Below, in pieces: positions 18,333 to 28,123 of a DNA stretch of 64,000 nt. The position numbers and the translations under genes are program-made. The notes beneath the pieces are model-generated. The model saw nothing but the letters and a program-made list of their open reading frames with translations. It was not told the DNA's origin and did not search any database. Within the stretch, counting starts at the first letter, position 1. Every line of letters begins with the position of its first letter. This stretch comes from Syntrophales bacterium. Its GTDB lineage: Bacteria; Desulfobacterota; Syntrophia; Syntrophales; PHBD01. Location: assembly GCA_963668175.1 (NCBI GenBank), contig OY764159.1, positions 2,272,001 to 2,336,000 on the forward strand. The letters are read 5' to 3'.

Positions 18333-20390
18333 ATGAAGATATCGGACGTCATCAGGGCCAAGGCGAAGATCGCAGTCTGCATCGCCCTTGTTCTCGCCAC
18401 GGCCGCCGTCTACTGGCCGGTGAAGGACCACGACTTCGTCCTCCTCGACGACGACGCCTACATCATGAGCAATCCTAATTTCAGGAAGGGGTTCTCGCCT
18501 GGCCATGTTGCCTGCATCCTCACCTATTGCGCACCGGCGGAAGAGGCGAACCCCTGGCATCCCCTGACGACGTTCTCGCTCATGCTGGACCACAGGCTCT
18601 ACGGCCTTCGTCCGGCAGGGTATCACGTTACGAACGTCGTCCTGCATATCGCAAATGCGCTCTTCCTCTTCCTTATTGTCGCACGCATGACGCACGCCGT
18701 CTGGAGAAGCGCCTTTGTCGCGGCCCTTTTTGCGCTCCATCCCCTTCATGTCGAATCGGTCGCCTGGGCCGCGGAGCGCAAGGACGTCCTCAGCACCCTC
18801 TTCGGGATGCTGGCGATCGGGGCTTACGTCCTTTACGCGGAACGCCCGAAGGTCAGCCGCTACGTGGCCGTCTGCCTGTTCTTCGCCCTCAGCCTCATGG
18901 CGAAGACAATGCTCGTTACCTTGCCTTTTGTCCTTCTTCTCTTCGACTTCTGGCCCTTGAAAAGGCTGCGAACCGGTGTGTACGCGGGCGGAGAGGATGT
19001 GGCATCGTCGGCGCGGGCGCAGCCGGTCGGGAAAAGAGAAGCGAGGCAAAAGGGAGGCAAGCCCTTCATATCGGGTGAGGAAGCAGAGCCGCAAGGCGGT
19101 CTGTCTCTTTGGTTTCCGGTCCGGGAGAAAGTTCCGCTCTTTGCCTTGTCGGCGGCCGCAGCCGCCATGAATCTCTATTCGCAGGCGCAACTCGGGGCCG
19201 TCGATACGGCGACACCCCTTTTCACGCGCATCGGAAACGCCGTCGTCTCTTACACGGCCTATATCGTGAAAATGCTCCGGCCGGTTGACCTGGCGGTCCT
19301 GTATCCCTACCCGGAAACGATTTCCTTGTGGAAATTCGCGGCCGCCCTCGCGTTCCTTGCGCTCGTCACCGTTTTTGCCCTCCGCCTCGCCCGCCGCCTG
19401 CCGTGGCTCTTCGTCGGCTGGTCCATATACCTGGGGACGCTCGTGCCCGTCATCGGCATCGTCCAGGCCGGGCGTCAGGCCATGGCCGACCGTTACACGT
19501 ATTTCCCCCTTATCGGTCTCTTCATCATCGCCGCCTGGGGCGCGGCCCTTCTGGCGCGAAATCTGCGTTATCGTGCGGTCCTGCCGGCCGCCGCAGGGAC
19601 TTCTCTTGTGCTTCTTTCCGTCGCAGCCGGGCATCAGGTCGCCCTGTGGAAAGACGGTATTTCCCTCTTCGAACATACGCTCGCCGTCACGTCCGGAAAC
19701 GGCGTCATCCACCGTTCACTCGCCGATACGCTGAGCAGGGCCGGGCGGCTCGACGAGGCGGTCGCCCATTACCGGGAAGCGGCGAGGCTGACGCCCGGGG
19801 ATTCGGAGATGTGGAACAACCTGGGCCACGCGCTCCGCAGGCAGGGGAAGGACGGCGAGGCGTTCGCATGTTTCCTGAAGGCGGTGCGGGCGAATCCGGA
19901 CAACGTCAAGGCGCTGGGCAACGCGGGTTCCATGCTGGCGTCGCGGGGCAGGGTAGGGGAGGCCGCGCCGTATTTCGAAAAGGCGCTCCGGATCAGGCCG
20001 GACGACCTCGAATCCGGCATCGGCCGGGCGGAGGTCCTCCAGGCGACGGGGCGCCGCGACGAGGCGCTCGCCCTTTACGAACGGATGCTCCTTGTCCACG
20101 GCGATTCGGCGGAGGTGAACTACAATGCGGGCACGCTTCTCGCGTCGTACGGAAGGATCGACGAAGCGCTTGACTGCTTCCGGAAGGCCGTGACGCTGAA
20201 GCCGGGGTACGCCAAGGCGCACAACAATCTCGGCAGCGCCCTGATGCTGAAGGGGAGAACGGACGAGGCCGCCGTTCATTTGCGGGCGGCCGTGCAGTTG
20301 GACCCGGCCTTCGAAACGGCGAAGGCCAATCTCGCGGAGGCCCTGCGCATCGCGAAGGAAAGAGAGATGGTTGCGTCCCCCGGCCGTTGA
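18333..20390 (+). CDS. TMTC-like GT-C membrane protein with C-terminal TPR repeats
   Basis: DFVLLDD..YI, WHPLT, YHVTNVVLH, LFALHPLHVESVAW..ERKDVL, ADRYTY; multiple TMs then TPRs. Confidence 0.85.
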   Translation: MKISDVIRAKAKIAVCIALVLATAAVYWPVKDHDFVLLDDDAYIMSNPNFRKGFSPGHVACILTYCAPAEEANPWHPLTTFSLMLDHRLYGLRPAGYHVTNVVLHIANALFLFLIVARMTHAVWRSAFVAALFALHPLHVESVAWAAERKDVLSTLFGMLAIGAYVLYAERPKVSRYVAVCLFFALSLMAKTMLVTLPFVLLLFDFWPLKRLRTGVYAGGEDVASSARAQPVGKREARQKGGKPFISGEEAEPQGGLSLWFPVREKVPLFALSAAAAAMNLYSQAQLGAVDTATPLFTRIGNAVVSYTAYIVKMLRPVDLAVLYPYPETISLWKFAAALAFLALVTVFALRLARRLPWLFVGWSIYLGTLVPVIGIVQAGRQAMADRYTYFPLIGLFIIAAWGAALLARNLRYRAVLPAAAGTSLVLLSVAAGHQVALWKDGISLFEHTLAVTSGNGVIHRSLADTLSRAGRLDEAVAHYREAARLTPGDSEMWNNLGHALRRQGKDGEAFACFLKAVRANPDNVKALGNAGSMLASRGRVGEAAPYFEKALRIRPDDLESGIGRAEVLQATGRRDEALALYERMLLVHGDSAEVNYNAGTLLASYGRIDEALDCFRKAVTLKPGYAKAHNNLGSALMLKGRTDEAAVHLRAAVQLDPAFETAKANLAEALRIAKEREMVASPGR

Positions 20391-20494
20391 CGGGCCCTGG
20401 CGCGGTTTTACGCCGGCCTTTTTACAAGCCGCGTTTTCCGGAACAATGGTGCGTTTTTTTCAGGATAGGCCGACGGGTGTGCCGGTACGCGCGT

Positions 20495-20929
20495 CTACTG
20501 CCTGCACTGGCCGAAGGAGCCCGCGGCGCAGGTGGTTCCGTCCGTCCAGGTTGCCCCGTAGAGATTGGCGCCGGCGAGGTTCGCTCCCGCCATGTTGGCG
20601 CCGGTCAGGTTTGCCCCGGACATCTGGGCGTAGCTCAGGTCCGCGCCGCTGAAATCGGTATTCGTCAGATTGGCGTTGGTCAGGTTGGCCCATTTCAGGG
20701 AGGCGTTGCCGAGGTCCGCCCCGCTCAGGTTCGCCCCTCTCAGGTTCGCGCTCGGCAGGACGAGCCTGCGGAGGTTCGCATTGGAGAGATCGCATCCCGC
20801 GCAGGCGAAAGTGCCCTTCAGCTTCTTGACGTCATCCGGATTGCTTGCCTGCGTCCCGCCGGGAAATATTACTGCCAGCGTGAAAAACAGAACTGCAGCG
20901 CATCGAATCGTTTTCTTCAGGGATTGCAT
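20495..20929 (-). CDS. exported pentapeptide repeat protein
   Basis: Signal peptide, CAGCDL, tandem A(N/D)LxG repeats. Confidence 0.9.
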   Translation of the reverse strand: MQSLKKTIRCAAVLFFTLAVIFPGGTQASNPDDVKKLKGTFACAGCDLSNANLRRLVLPSANLRGANLSGADLGNASLKWANLTNANLTNTDFSGADLSYAQMSGANLTGANMAGANLAGANLYGATWTDGTTCAAGSFGQCRQ

Positions 20930-21028
20930 CGGGCCTCCTTGCGGGCATGATGTCGCCCCGCCGGAAAGAATCGTTATCACAGAGCGCCGGACATGCCAAG
21001 CGGTAATTGCACCCGTGCGCCCTTCGAT

Positions 21029-21448
21029 TCAGAGTGCGAAGAGAAGAACGATGAGGGCCGCCGCCCCGACGGTTTCCAGGGCGGTCGGCACTTTCTCCAC
21101 CGTGACGTTGTATCCCCTTTCCGCGAACCTGGCGCAGATCCTGTCCAGTTCGCCGGGCTGCAGCTTTTCCAGGACCTCCCCCAGGGCGACGCGGTTGGTC
21201 TCGACGCAGGCGTAGTTGAGGATGTCTTTTCTGTGGCCGTCCGGCAACCCTTCGGTGGCGTATTCAAGGTCCTTGCAGGTACTTTCCTTCAGGACCACCC
21301 AGTCTTTCATTTCCGGATCGGTTCCCATCCGGTACTCAACGAGAGGCCTGGCATCGGTTTTCGCGTCTTTCTTGGATACGGTTATGCCGGGAAGACAACC
21401 TGCGATGAACAAAACGGCCGCGGCGAGCAACACTTTCCTGAAAACCAT
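21029..21448 (-). CDS. hypothetical lipoprotein
   Basis: Lipobox FIAG|C; C-terminal hydrophobic tail. Confidence 0.65.
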   Translation of the reverse strand: MVFRKVLLAAAVLFIAGCLPGITVSKKDAKTDARPLVEYRMGTDPEMKDWVVLKESTCKDLEYATEGLPDGHRKDILNYACVETNRVALGEVLEKLQPGELDRICARFAERGYNVTVEKVPTALETVGAAALIVLLFAL

Positions 21449-21552
21449 CGCCTTCTTCCTTTCTGCCGGTTGCGGCGTCCAAAAGACCAAATTCCCCGCG
21501 GCTGTCGGCCGGGGCTCCGGACTGTATTATTGAACCTGGAACTGCCGTCCCG

Positions 21553-22101
21553 TTAAGCGGGGCGGCACTTGAAGTACCTCGGATGCTCTTCGACAACGGC
21601 CCATGCACCCGAGGCGCCGATCTTGGCCCTGGCCTGGTCGCGGCCCTGGTGGCCGCTGTCGATGAAAAGGACGCCGTCCTTCTTCGATATCCGCCGCAGC
21701 TCTTTCAGAAATTCCGAAGGGTCCGCCACCATGTGGAACATGTCGAGGGCATAGACGATATCGGCGCTGCCGTCTTCCAGCGGACAGCCTTCTCTTGCGG
21801 CCAGGAGGGCGGAGACATTGGTCAGATTCTCTCCGGCGATACGCTCCCTGACGGCCTCGACCGCCAGCTCGTGAATATCGACGGCGCAGACTCTGCCGTC
21901 AGCGCCCGCAAGTCCCGATGCTTTGCGGATGTACGATCCCGGCCCGCAGCCGTAGTCGACGACGGTCATGCCCGGACGGATGCCGAATTCGTCGAGAATC
22001 GCATCCTTCCGGACGAACCTGTCCCGGATCCTGAACGACAGAGCCATCGTCCGGAAGGCCCAATCGGGCATCCTGTCCCTGCCGCAGCCGAAGATGCTCA
22101 T
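21553..22101 (-). CDS. class I SAM-dependent methyltransferase
   Basis: VVDYGCGPG motif I. Confidence 0.85.
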   Translation of the reverse strand: MSIFGCGRDRMPDWAFRTMALSFRIRDRFVRKDAILDEFGIRPGMTVVDYGCGPGSYIRKASGLAGADGRVCAVDIHELAVEAVRERIAGENLTNVSALLAAREGCPLEDGSADIVYALDMFHMVADPSEFLKELRRISKKDGVLFIDSGHQGRDQARAKIGASGAWAVVEEHPRYFKCRPA

Positions 22102-22206
22102 GTCGAAAAGCCGGTCCTTTCTTTCAATATACTGTACGATGACGTCATGTCTCGATGCGGCAATGGTTCAGGGCAAATGTGCGATTCCGGCGCACGGGCG
22201 GACCGT

Positions 22207-23634
22207 TTATAAAAAAATCTTGCCCGGATTGAGGATGTTCAGGGGATCGAAGGCCTCCTTGATGCGCTTGTGGAGCGCGATCAGCTCCGGTCCCATGACG
22301 ATGGGCATGTAGGGCGCCCGCTTGGAGCCGATGCCGTGCTCGCCGCTGATCGTCCCGCCGAGGCGGAAGACGATTCCGTAAAGCTCCGCCAGCAGGCGCG
22401 GGAGGTTCTCTTTCCAGACCTCCTTCGCCGTTTCCGGCTTCTTGAGGGGCGTGGCGTGAAGGTTGCCGTCCCCGGCGTGGCCGTAGCAGGGAATGAGGAC
22501 GTCGTATGCATCCGCCAGGCGCTCCAGCTCACGGACGAGGTCGGGGATGCGCGCCGTGGGGACCACGATGTCCTCGATGCTCTGGACGGGGTTGAGAACC
22601 TTGAACGCCTCGGCAAGCGAGATGCGGGGGCGCCACATCTTGCGCTCCGTGGCGGGCGTGTTGCCGACGTAAACGTCAAGGGCGGAGGCTTCGAGGAAAA
22701 GCTCCCCGATCTGCTGGCATTCCTCGTCCACCTTGTCCCGGCTCGATCCGTCGATCTCGATGAGAAGCATCGCGCCGATGTCGGGACGCGGCGGCTCTTC
22801 GTTCATGTACCGGTATACGCCCTCGACCGACAGCCTGTCCATGAACTCGATGGCGGAAGGAAGGATGCCCGCCTTCGCGATAACCTGCGGGAAGGCCGCG
22901 ACGGCCTCGGCGGCGCTTCCGAAGGGGATCAGGAGGACCGCTGTGGCTGCGGGCTGGGGGAGGAGGCGGAGGATGATTTTCGTGAAAATGCCGAGCGTTC
23001 CCTCCGAGCCGACCATGAGGTGGATCAGGTCGTAGCCCGTGACGTCCTTGACCCTTTTGCCGCCCATTTCCACGATCTCGCCCGTCGGCAGGACAGCCTC
23101 GACGCCGAGGACGTAGTGACCGGTGACGCCGTACTTCACGGCGCGCCCGCCGCCGGCGTTCTCCGCCAGGTTCCCCCCGATGAAGCACGACTCGAAGCTC
23201 ATGGGGTAGCCCGCGTAGAAGAGGCCGAATTCCCGGACGGCCTTGCCGATCTCGCTCGTCACGACGCCGGGCTCCACGACGGCGACCATGTTCTCCCGGT
23301 CGATCTCCAGGATGCGGTTCATGCGTTCGAGCGACAGGACAATGCCGCCGAAGGAAGGCACGGCGCCGCAGGAGAGCCCCGTCCCGCCGCCCCGGGGGGT
23401 GACGGGCACCCGGCGGCGGTTCGCAAGCTTCATGATCGCGGAGATTTCGGCGGTACTCGCCGGCTTGACGACGGCCTCCGGGAGACGGGCGTATTCGGCG
23501 CCCGCAACCTCGTCGTGCCCGTAGTTCTCAAGAAGTTCCGGATTGCCGAAGACGACGTTCTTCTCCCCGGCGATGGCAGCAAGTTCGTCCGCGACGGCCT
23601 GCGTCACGGGCGCATAGGTCGTATTCTCGTTCAT
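22207..23634 (-). CDS. FAD-linked oxidase, GlcD / D-lactate dehydrogenase family
   Basis: PRGGGTGLS, GSEGTLGI, GHAGDGNLH, GGTISGEHGIG, FDPLNILNPGK. Confidence 0.9.
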   Translation of the reverse strand: MNENTTYAPVTQAVADELAAIAGEKNVVFGNPELLENYGHDEVAGAEYARLPEAVVKPASTAEISAIMKLANRRRVPVTPRGGGTGLSCGAVPSFGGIVLSLERMNRILEIDRENMVAVVEPGVVTSEIGKAVREFGLFYAGYPMSFESCFIGGNLAENAGGGRAVKYGVTGHYVLGVEAVLPTGEIVEMGGKRVKDVTGYDLIHLMVGSEGTLGIFTKIILRLLPQPAATAVLLIPFGSAAEAVAAFPQVIAKAGILPSAIEFMDRLSVEGVYRYMNEEPPRPDIGAMLLIEIDGSSRDKVDEECQQIGELFLEASALDVYVGNTPATERKMWRPRISLAEAFKVLNPVQSIEDIVVPTARIPDLVRELERLADAYDVLIPCYGHAGDGNLHATPLKKPETAKEVWKENLPRLLAELYGIVFRLGGTISGEHGIGSKRAPYMPIVMGPELIALHKRIKEAFDPLNILNPGKIFL

Positions 23635-23873
23635 GGCTCCCCCCGTCGCTTGTTGCATGGAATCCGAGCGAAGGCGCATTTTCCGTCCGCGCCGTCGGCC
23701 TCAAGGCCTGCCTGCCGCTTCACCTGACGATGAACTTGTCATTCTAATCTGACACGTTTATCCGTTTTCGGCAACCGGAGAATGTAAATGGTCCGTTAAG
23801 AAAGTTTAAGAATGGTTAATTGCCCCTCTTTAAGACTGCGGCGGGTGCGGTATTCCGGAAAAACGCCTGCGGG

Positions 23874-23982
23874 TGTCGCCACTCTTTACAGAAAACGTCC
23901 GCACGAAAACGCGACGTCAAATTCCGCTATTATCGCGTGACGCGGGCTCCGGGAGTTACACGAGGCGTAAAATATCTTTACA
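23874..23982 (+). promoter_or_regulatory. paired 17-bp upstream boxes of PEP-CTERM gene 1
   Basis: TGTCGCCACTCTTTACA (23874-23890) and CGTAAAATATCTTTACA (23966-23982). Confidence 0.65.
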
Positions 23983-24115
23983 TCCGCCGCCGTCGCGCGC
24001 TGCCCGTTATTCCTGTTTTTGCCGTCATATTCGCCGGTTGAGCGCATCGTACGGAAGTCGCAGAAGCTTCCCGTCGCAGGAAGTACGATGATACTACAGC
24101 TAAAGGAGGTATGTG

Positions 24116-24850
24116 ATGTTCAGGATGCGTTATTTACGGGTTTGGGGAGCGGCGGCATGCATCGCCGCAACGGTAATGTTCTTCCTGGTCGCAGCGACGG
24201 CCGTCCAGGCGGCAAGCTGGAATCTTGCCGACGACTACAGTACGGCGAACACGGCGGGCAGCGCATGGACGTTCGGCTGGGAGTCTTCCGTCGGGGGTAC
24301 GTTTACGCAGTACGATTATTCCTACACAAACGGCAACAACTCGCTGCAATGGGTCGACAGCAGCATTTCTTCCGAATACAGCATTCCCACCATCTGGAAG
24401 AATACGAGTATCGGCGGCAGCACCATCGACGGCGTCGCATACGGCCAGGTGTCCCTGCATCCGGGAGAAAGCGGGCAGTTCTCGGTCGTGAAGTGGACGG
24501 CAATCTCCGCCGGCACCTATACGGTATCCTACTCGTTCGGCGAGGGAGACGGCGGCTGGATGAGTTATTATATCGTCGTCGATGGCGTTGTTTATCAATA
24601 TTGGGTGGACGACTCGTCGACCGAATCGGGCACGATGACGCTTACCCTTGCCGCCGGCGGCACGATCGAATTCATCGTCGGCGCCAATATCAATGACGGT
24701 TATTATTTTCTCTACGGCAACACGCCCCTCACCGTGACGGTTACCGGCTCCGATACCAATGCGGATGCCGTTCCGGAACCGTCCGCCATGCTGCTGCTTG
24801 GTTTCGGTCTGGCAAGCCTTGGGGCGGCGCGGAAGATATTCCGCAAATAA
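24116..24850 (+). CDS. PEP-CTERM sorting domain protein 1
   Basis: Signal peptide; Ser/Thr/Gly-rich body; C-terminal VPEPSAMLLLGFGLASLGAARKIFRK; AAGGAGG SD. Confidence 0.92.
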   Translation: MFRMRYLRVWGAAACIAATVMFFLVAATAVQAASWNLADDYSTANTAGSAWTFGWESSVGGTFTQYDYSYTNGNNSLQWVDSSISSEYSIPTIWKNTSIGGSTIDGVAYGQVSLHPGESGQFSVVKWTAISAGTYTVSYSFGEGDGGWMSYYIVVDGVVYQYWVDDSSTESGTMTLTLAAGGTIEFIVGANINDGYYFLYGNTPLTVTVTGSDTNADAVPEPSAMLLLGFGLASLGAARKIFRK

Positions 24851-24876
24851 TATCCGATCGCATTTATGAACGCAGG

Positions 24877-24911
24877 AAGGCGGGACCCGCGAAGGGCTCC
24901 GCTTTTTTTTT
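24877..24911 (+). terminator. intrinsic terminator
   Basis: AAGGCGGGACCC-GCGA-AGGGCTCCGC imperfect stem followed by a T9 tract. Confidence 0.7.
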
Positions 24912-25142
24912 GGGAAGCCGGCGGAGACCGCCGCGCCTGCCTTTCCCTGCCTCCGGGCGGAGCGGGCGGATGCCGGTCCGAATCCCAGCTCTTTTTATTC
25001 GACGACTGCGGCGGCATGTTCATGCAGGTCGTCCGCGCCGAAAATCCGCATTGCCACGGGGCGGGAAAACCGCTATGCTTACGCATGCCGCGGAGAAACG
25101 GCTTGCAGGTTGAGCGGCGGAGATTGCGGAGCGGAGGTTCGT

Positions 25143-26561
25143 GTGGTCCGGGAGAGCGGGTCGCTCAAAAAATACGCATTGCTGACGTCGGCTTCGGCGG
25201 CATTTCTGACGCCTTTCATGGGCAGCGCCGTCAACCTGGCGATCCCGTCCATCGGTCATGACTTTCAGGCCGGGGCGACGGTCTTAAGCTGGGTGGTCAG
25301 CAGCTTCATCCTGGCAACGGCCGCGCTGCTCCTGCCCTTCGGCAGGATGGCCGACATCGTGGGAAGGAGGAAGGTCTTCATCCTGGGGATGGCGGTCTTC
25401 TCCGCGTCTTCCTTCCTCTGCGCCGCCGCCTGGTCCATCGAGGCCCTGATCGCCCTGCGGTTCGTCCAGGGCATCGGCGGGGCGATGGTATTCGGCACAA
25501 GCATCGCCATTCTCACATCCGTCTATCCGCCGGAGGAGCGGGGCCGGGTGCTGGGGATCAGCGTTGCCTCGACCTACACGGGCCTGTCGGTCGGTCCCGT
25601 CCTGGGAGGCGTGCTCAACCATCAGCTCGGCTGGGCGTCCATCTTCTATTTCACGGGATTGCTGGCGGCGGCCACATTCGTCTTCGCCGCGGCCAGGCTG
25701 AAAGGCGAATGGGCCGAGGCGAAGGGCGAGCGCTTCGACCTGCGCGGGGCGGCCCTTTATATGATCGGCCTTTCGGCTTTCCTGTACGGGCTTTCGTCCA
25801 TCGCCACGTCGCCGTGGGCGAAATACGTCCTTGTTCTCGGCGTCGCGGTCCTCGCGGCCTTTGTCCGGCAGGAGTGGCGGGAAAGGCAGCCGATCCTGGA
25901 CCTGAAGCTCTTCCGGGGGAATATCGTATTTTTCTTTTCCAACCTGGCGGCGCTCATCAACTACTGCGCGACCTTCGCCGTCGGCTTTCTGCTTTCCATC
26001 CACCTCCAGGTCGTCATGGGCTTCGATTCCCAGACGGCGGGGCTGATCATGCTGTCGCAGCCGGTCCTCATGGCCGCCCTGTCCCCTTATGCCGGCAGGC
26101 TCTCGGACCGGGCCGAACCGCGGATCGTCGCCTCCGCCGGCATGTTCCTCTCGGCGATCGGCCTCTTGATGCTCGTCTTCCTGAGCGAGGAGACGCCCGT
26201 CTGGCGGATCGTCCTGGCCCTCGTCTTTTTGGGCGTCGGTTTTGCGTTCTTCGCGTCGCCCAATACGAACGCCATCATGGGCTCGGTGGAAAAGAAGTTC
26301 TACGGTGTGGCTTCGTCGACGCTGGGAACGATGAGGCTGATCGGGCAGGCCGTCAGCATCGCCTCGGCTTCGCTCATCGTGAACCTCTACATCGGGGATG
26401 CCAGGCTGGGTCCGGCCGTGGCGCACCTGGTGGAAAGGAGCATCGAGGTCTCCTTTTCGGTTTTCGCCGTTACGTGCTTTCTCGGGGTCTTCGCCTCTTA
26501 CGCCCGCGGGAGCGTCAACAATGCCGCCGGGGACAAAACGGCGGCGGGGAAGGGCCGCTGA
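25143..26561 (+). CDS. MFS drug:H+ antiporter (DHA2, 14 TM)
   Basis: GRMADIVGRRK motif A, LRFVQGIGGA, GPVLGG; GTG start after GGAGG. Confidence 0.9.
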   Translation: MVRESGSLKKYALLTSASAAFLTPFMGSAVNLAIPSIGHDFQAGATVLSWVVSSFILATAALLLPFGRMADIVGRRKVFILGMAVFSASSFLCAAAWSIEALIALRFVQGIGGAMVFGTSIAILTSVYPPEERGRVLGISVASTYTGLSVGPVLGGVLNHQLGWASIFYFTGLLAAATFVFAAARLKGEWAEAKGERFDLRGAALYMIGLSAFLYGLSSIATSPWAKYVLVLGVAVLAAFVRQEWRERQPILDLKLFRGNIVFFFSNLAALINYCATFAVGFLLSIHLQVVMGFDSQTAGLIMLSQPVLMAALSPYAGRLSDRAEPRIVASAGMFLSAIGLLMLVFLSEETPVWRIVLALVFLGVGFAFFASPNTNAIMGSVEKKFYGVASSTLGTMRLIGQAVSIASASLIVNLYIGDARLGPAVAHLVERSIEVSFSVFAVTCFLGVFASYARGSVNNAAGDKTAAGKGR

Positions 26562-26663
26562 GGCAGAGGGTGCGCCCTCCGTTCCGTCTGAAACGGAACA
26601 ACCGACGGGAGAGCGGCAGCCGATGCGGTTCCTGCGGGCGCTGAATACGCAGGCGTTGGCGTA

Positions 26664-27719
26664 CTATTTCTTCAACTGCTTCTTCACCGATTTGATGAAG
26701 CGTCCGAAGTCCTTGTCCTTCTTTCGCTTGTCCAGATAAGACATCTCGTGGAAATCCGATTCTTTCTTCAGTTTGAGATAGCTTTCAAAGCGGTCGCGGT
26801 CCAGCTCGCCGCTTGCGACGGCGGCCCGGACGGCGCAGCCCGGTTCGCGCTCGTGGCTGCAGTCGGCGTAGCGGCAACGTGCGGAAAGGCCGACCAAATC
26901 TTCAAACTCGATGCCGACGCCTTCGCCCGCCGCGAGAAGGCCGAGTTCCCGCATGCCCGGCGTGTCGATGAGCATGGCGCCCTCGGCAAGAACGACAAGC
27001 TGGCGGCGCGACGTCGTGTGGGTGCCTTCCCCCGTTGCGCTCACGGCCTTCGTGCCGAAGGCTTCGCGGCCCAGGAGTCGATTGATCAGGGTCGTTTTTC
27101 CGACGCCGGAAGACCCGAGCAGGCAATAGGTCCTTCCGGGGCGGAGCGTCTGCCGGAACTCGTCGAAGCCGATGCCGCTCACGTTGCTCAAGGCGATCAC
27201 CCTTGCCCTGGCGACGGAACCGACGGCGGCCGTCTTCCGTTCCAGTTCGTCCGGGGAGATCAGATCGGTCTTCGTGAGCACGACGACCGGCTCCACGTGC
27301 CCGTCCATGGCCATGACGAGGTAGCGCTCCAGGCGCCGGGGATTGAAGTCGAAATGACACGACTGGACGATGAAGGCCGTGTCGATGTTGGCCGCGATGG
27401 GCTGGATGTCCACCCGGTCGCCCGCGGATTTGCGGCGCAGGAACGTTTTGCGCGGAAAGACGCCCTGGACGATGGCCGCCGTTCCACGGTCGTAATACCG
27501 CACCGCGACCCAGTCGCCGACGCAAGGCAGGTCGGCCGGGCTTTCAATCCGGTAGGAGAGCTTCCCCGCGAGTTCCGCCGGGACTTCCCCCGATTCGCTT
27601 CTTACGAGGTATCCGCCGCGGTCGACGGCCGAGACGCGCGCAATATCCGCACCCTCCTCGCGGATTGCATCGGTATGCGGCTCGAACCATGCGTCGAAAC
27701 CCAGGTCGCTTAACGTCAT
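26664..27719 (-). CDS. rsgA: ribosome small subunit-dependent GTPase A
   Basis: Permuted GTPase order TKTD, GSSGVGKT, HTT, DTPG, then C.Y.DC.H..EPGC zinc site. Confidence 0.9.
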   Translation of the reverse strand: MTLSDLGFDAWFEPHTDAIREEGADIARVSAVDRGGYLVRSESGEVPAELAGKLSYRIESPADLPCVGDWVAVRYYDRGTAAIVQGVFPRKTFLRRKSAGDRVDIQPIAANIDTAFIVQSCHFDFNPRRLERYLVMAMDGHVEPVVVLTKTDLISPDELERKTAAVGSVARARVIALSNVSGIGFDEFRQTLRPGRTYCLLGSSGVGKTTLINRLLGREAFGTKAVSATGEGTHTTSRRQLVVLAEGAMLIDTPGMRELGLLAAGEGVGIEFEDLVGLSARCRYADCSHEREPGCAVRAAVASGELDRDRFESYLKLKKESDFHEMSYLDKRKKDKDFGRFIKSVKKQLKK

Positions 27720-28123
27720 CGCATCACCCAAATGTGGAAATAAACGAACGGCATCGTTTCCGAAAATGCACGGCGGAGGATACACCATTTGCGGCCGCAA
27801 GACAAACGGTTCGAGCATGCTTGTGCCGCTTTCGCCCGGAAATCGCGGCGAACGACGGAAAGGACGTTCAGGGACGCCGGAAGGAAACAGGCGAAAGGGT
27901 CTCCGGTTTTCCTGTACGCGGCGGGTCTATGGTCGTGAAGAGGCGGCACGCCGTTATCGGTCATCGCCGCGGCTGCATCGTCCGGGCGGGTATGGCCGGC
28001 GAGGTCTGTGCAAAGAAATGGCGATGCCGATACCGAAAGAATAGCTTATCATTATCTGTTAATTTTGATATATATCCTGCATCTTGAGCGCCAGGACGGA
28101 ACACATCCGGGGGGGGAATCGTT

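Noticed and set aside
23990..24112. sigma54 promoter for PEP-CTERM gene 1
   Set aside because: No GG-N10-GC with consensus flanks was found, so only the upstream boxes are reported.
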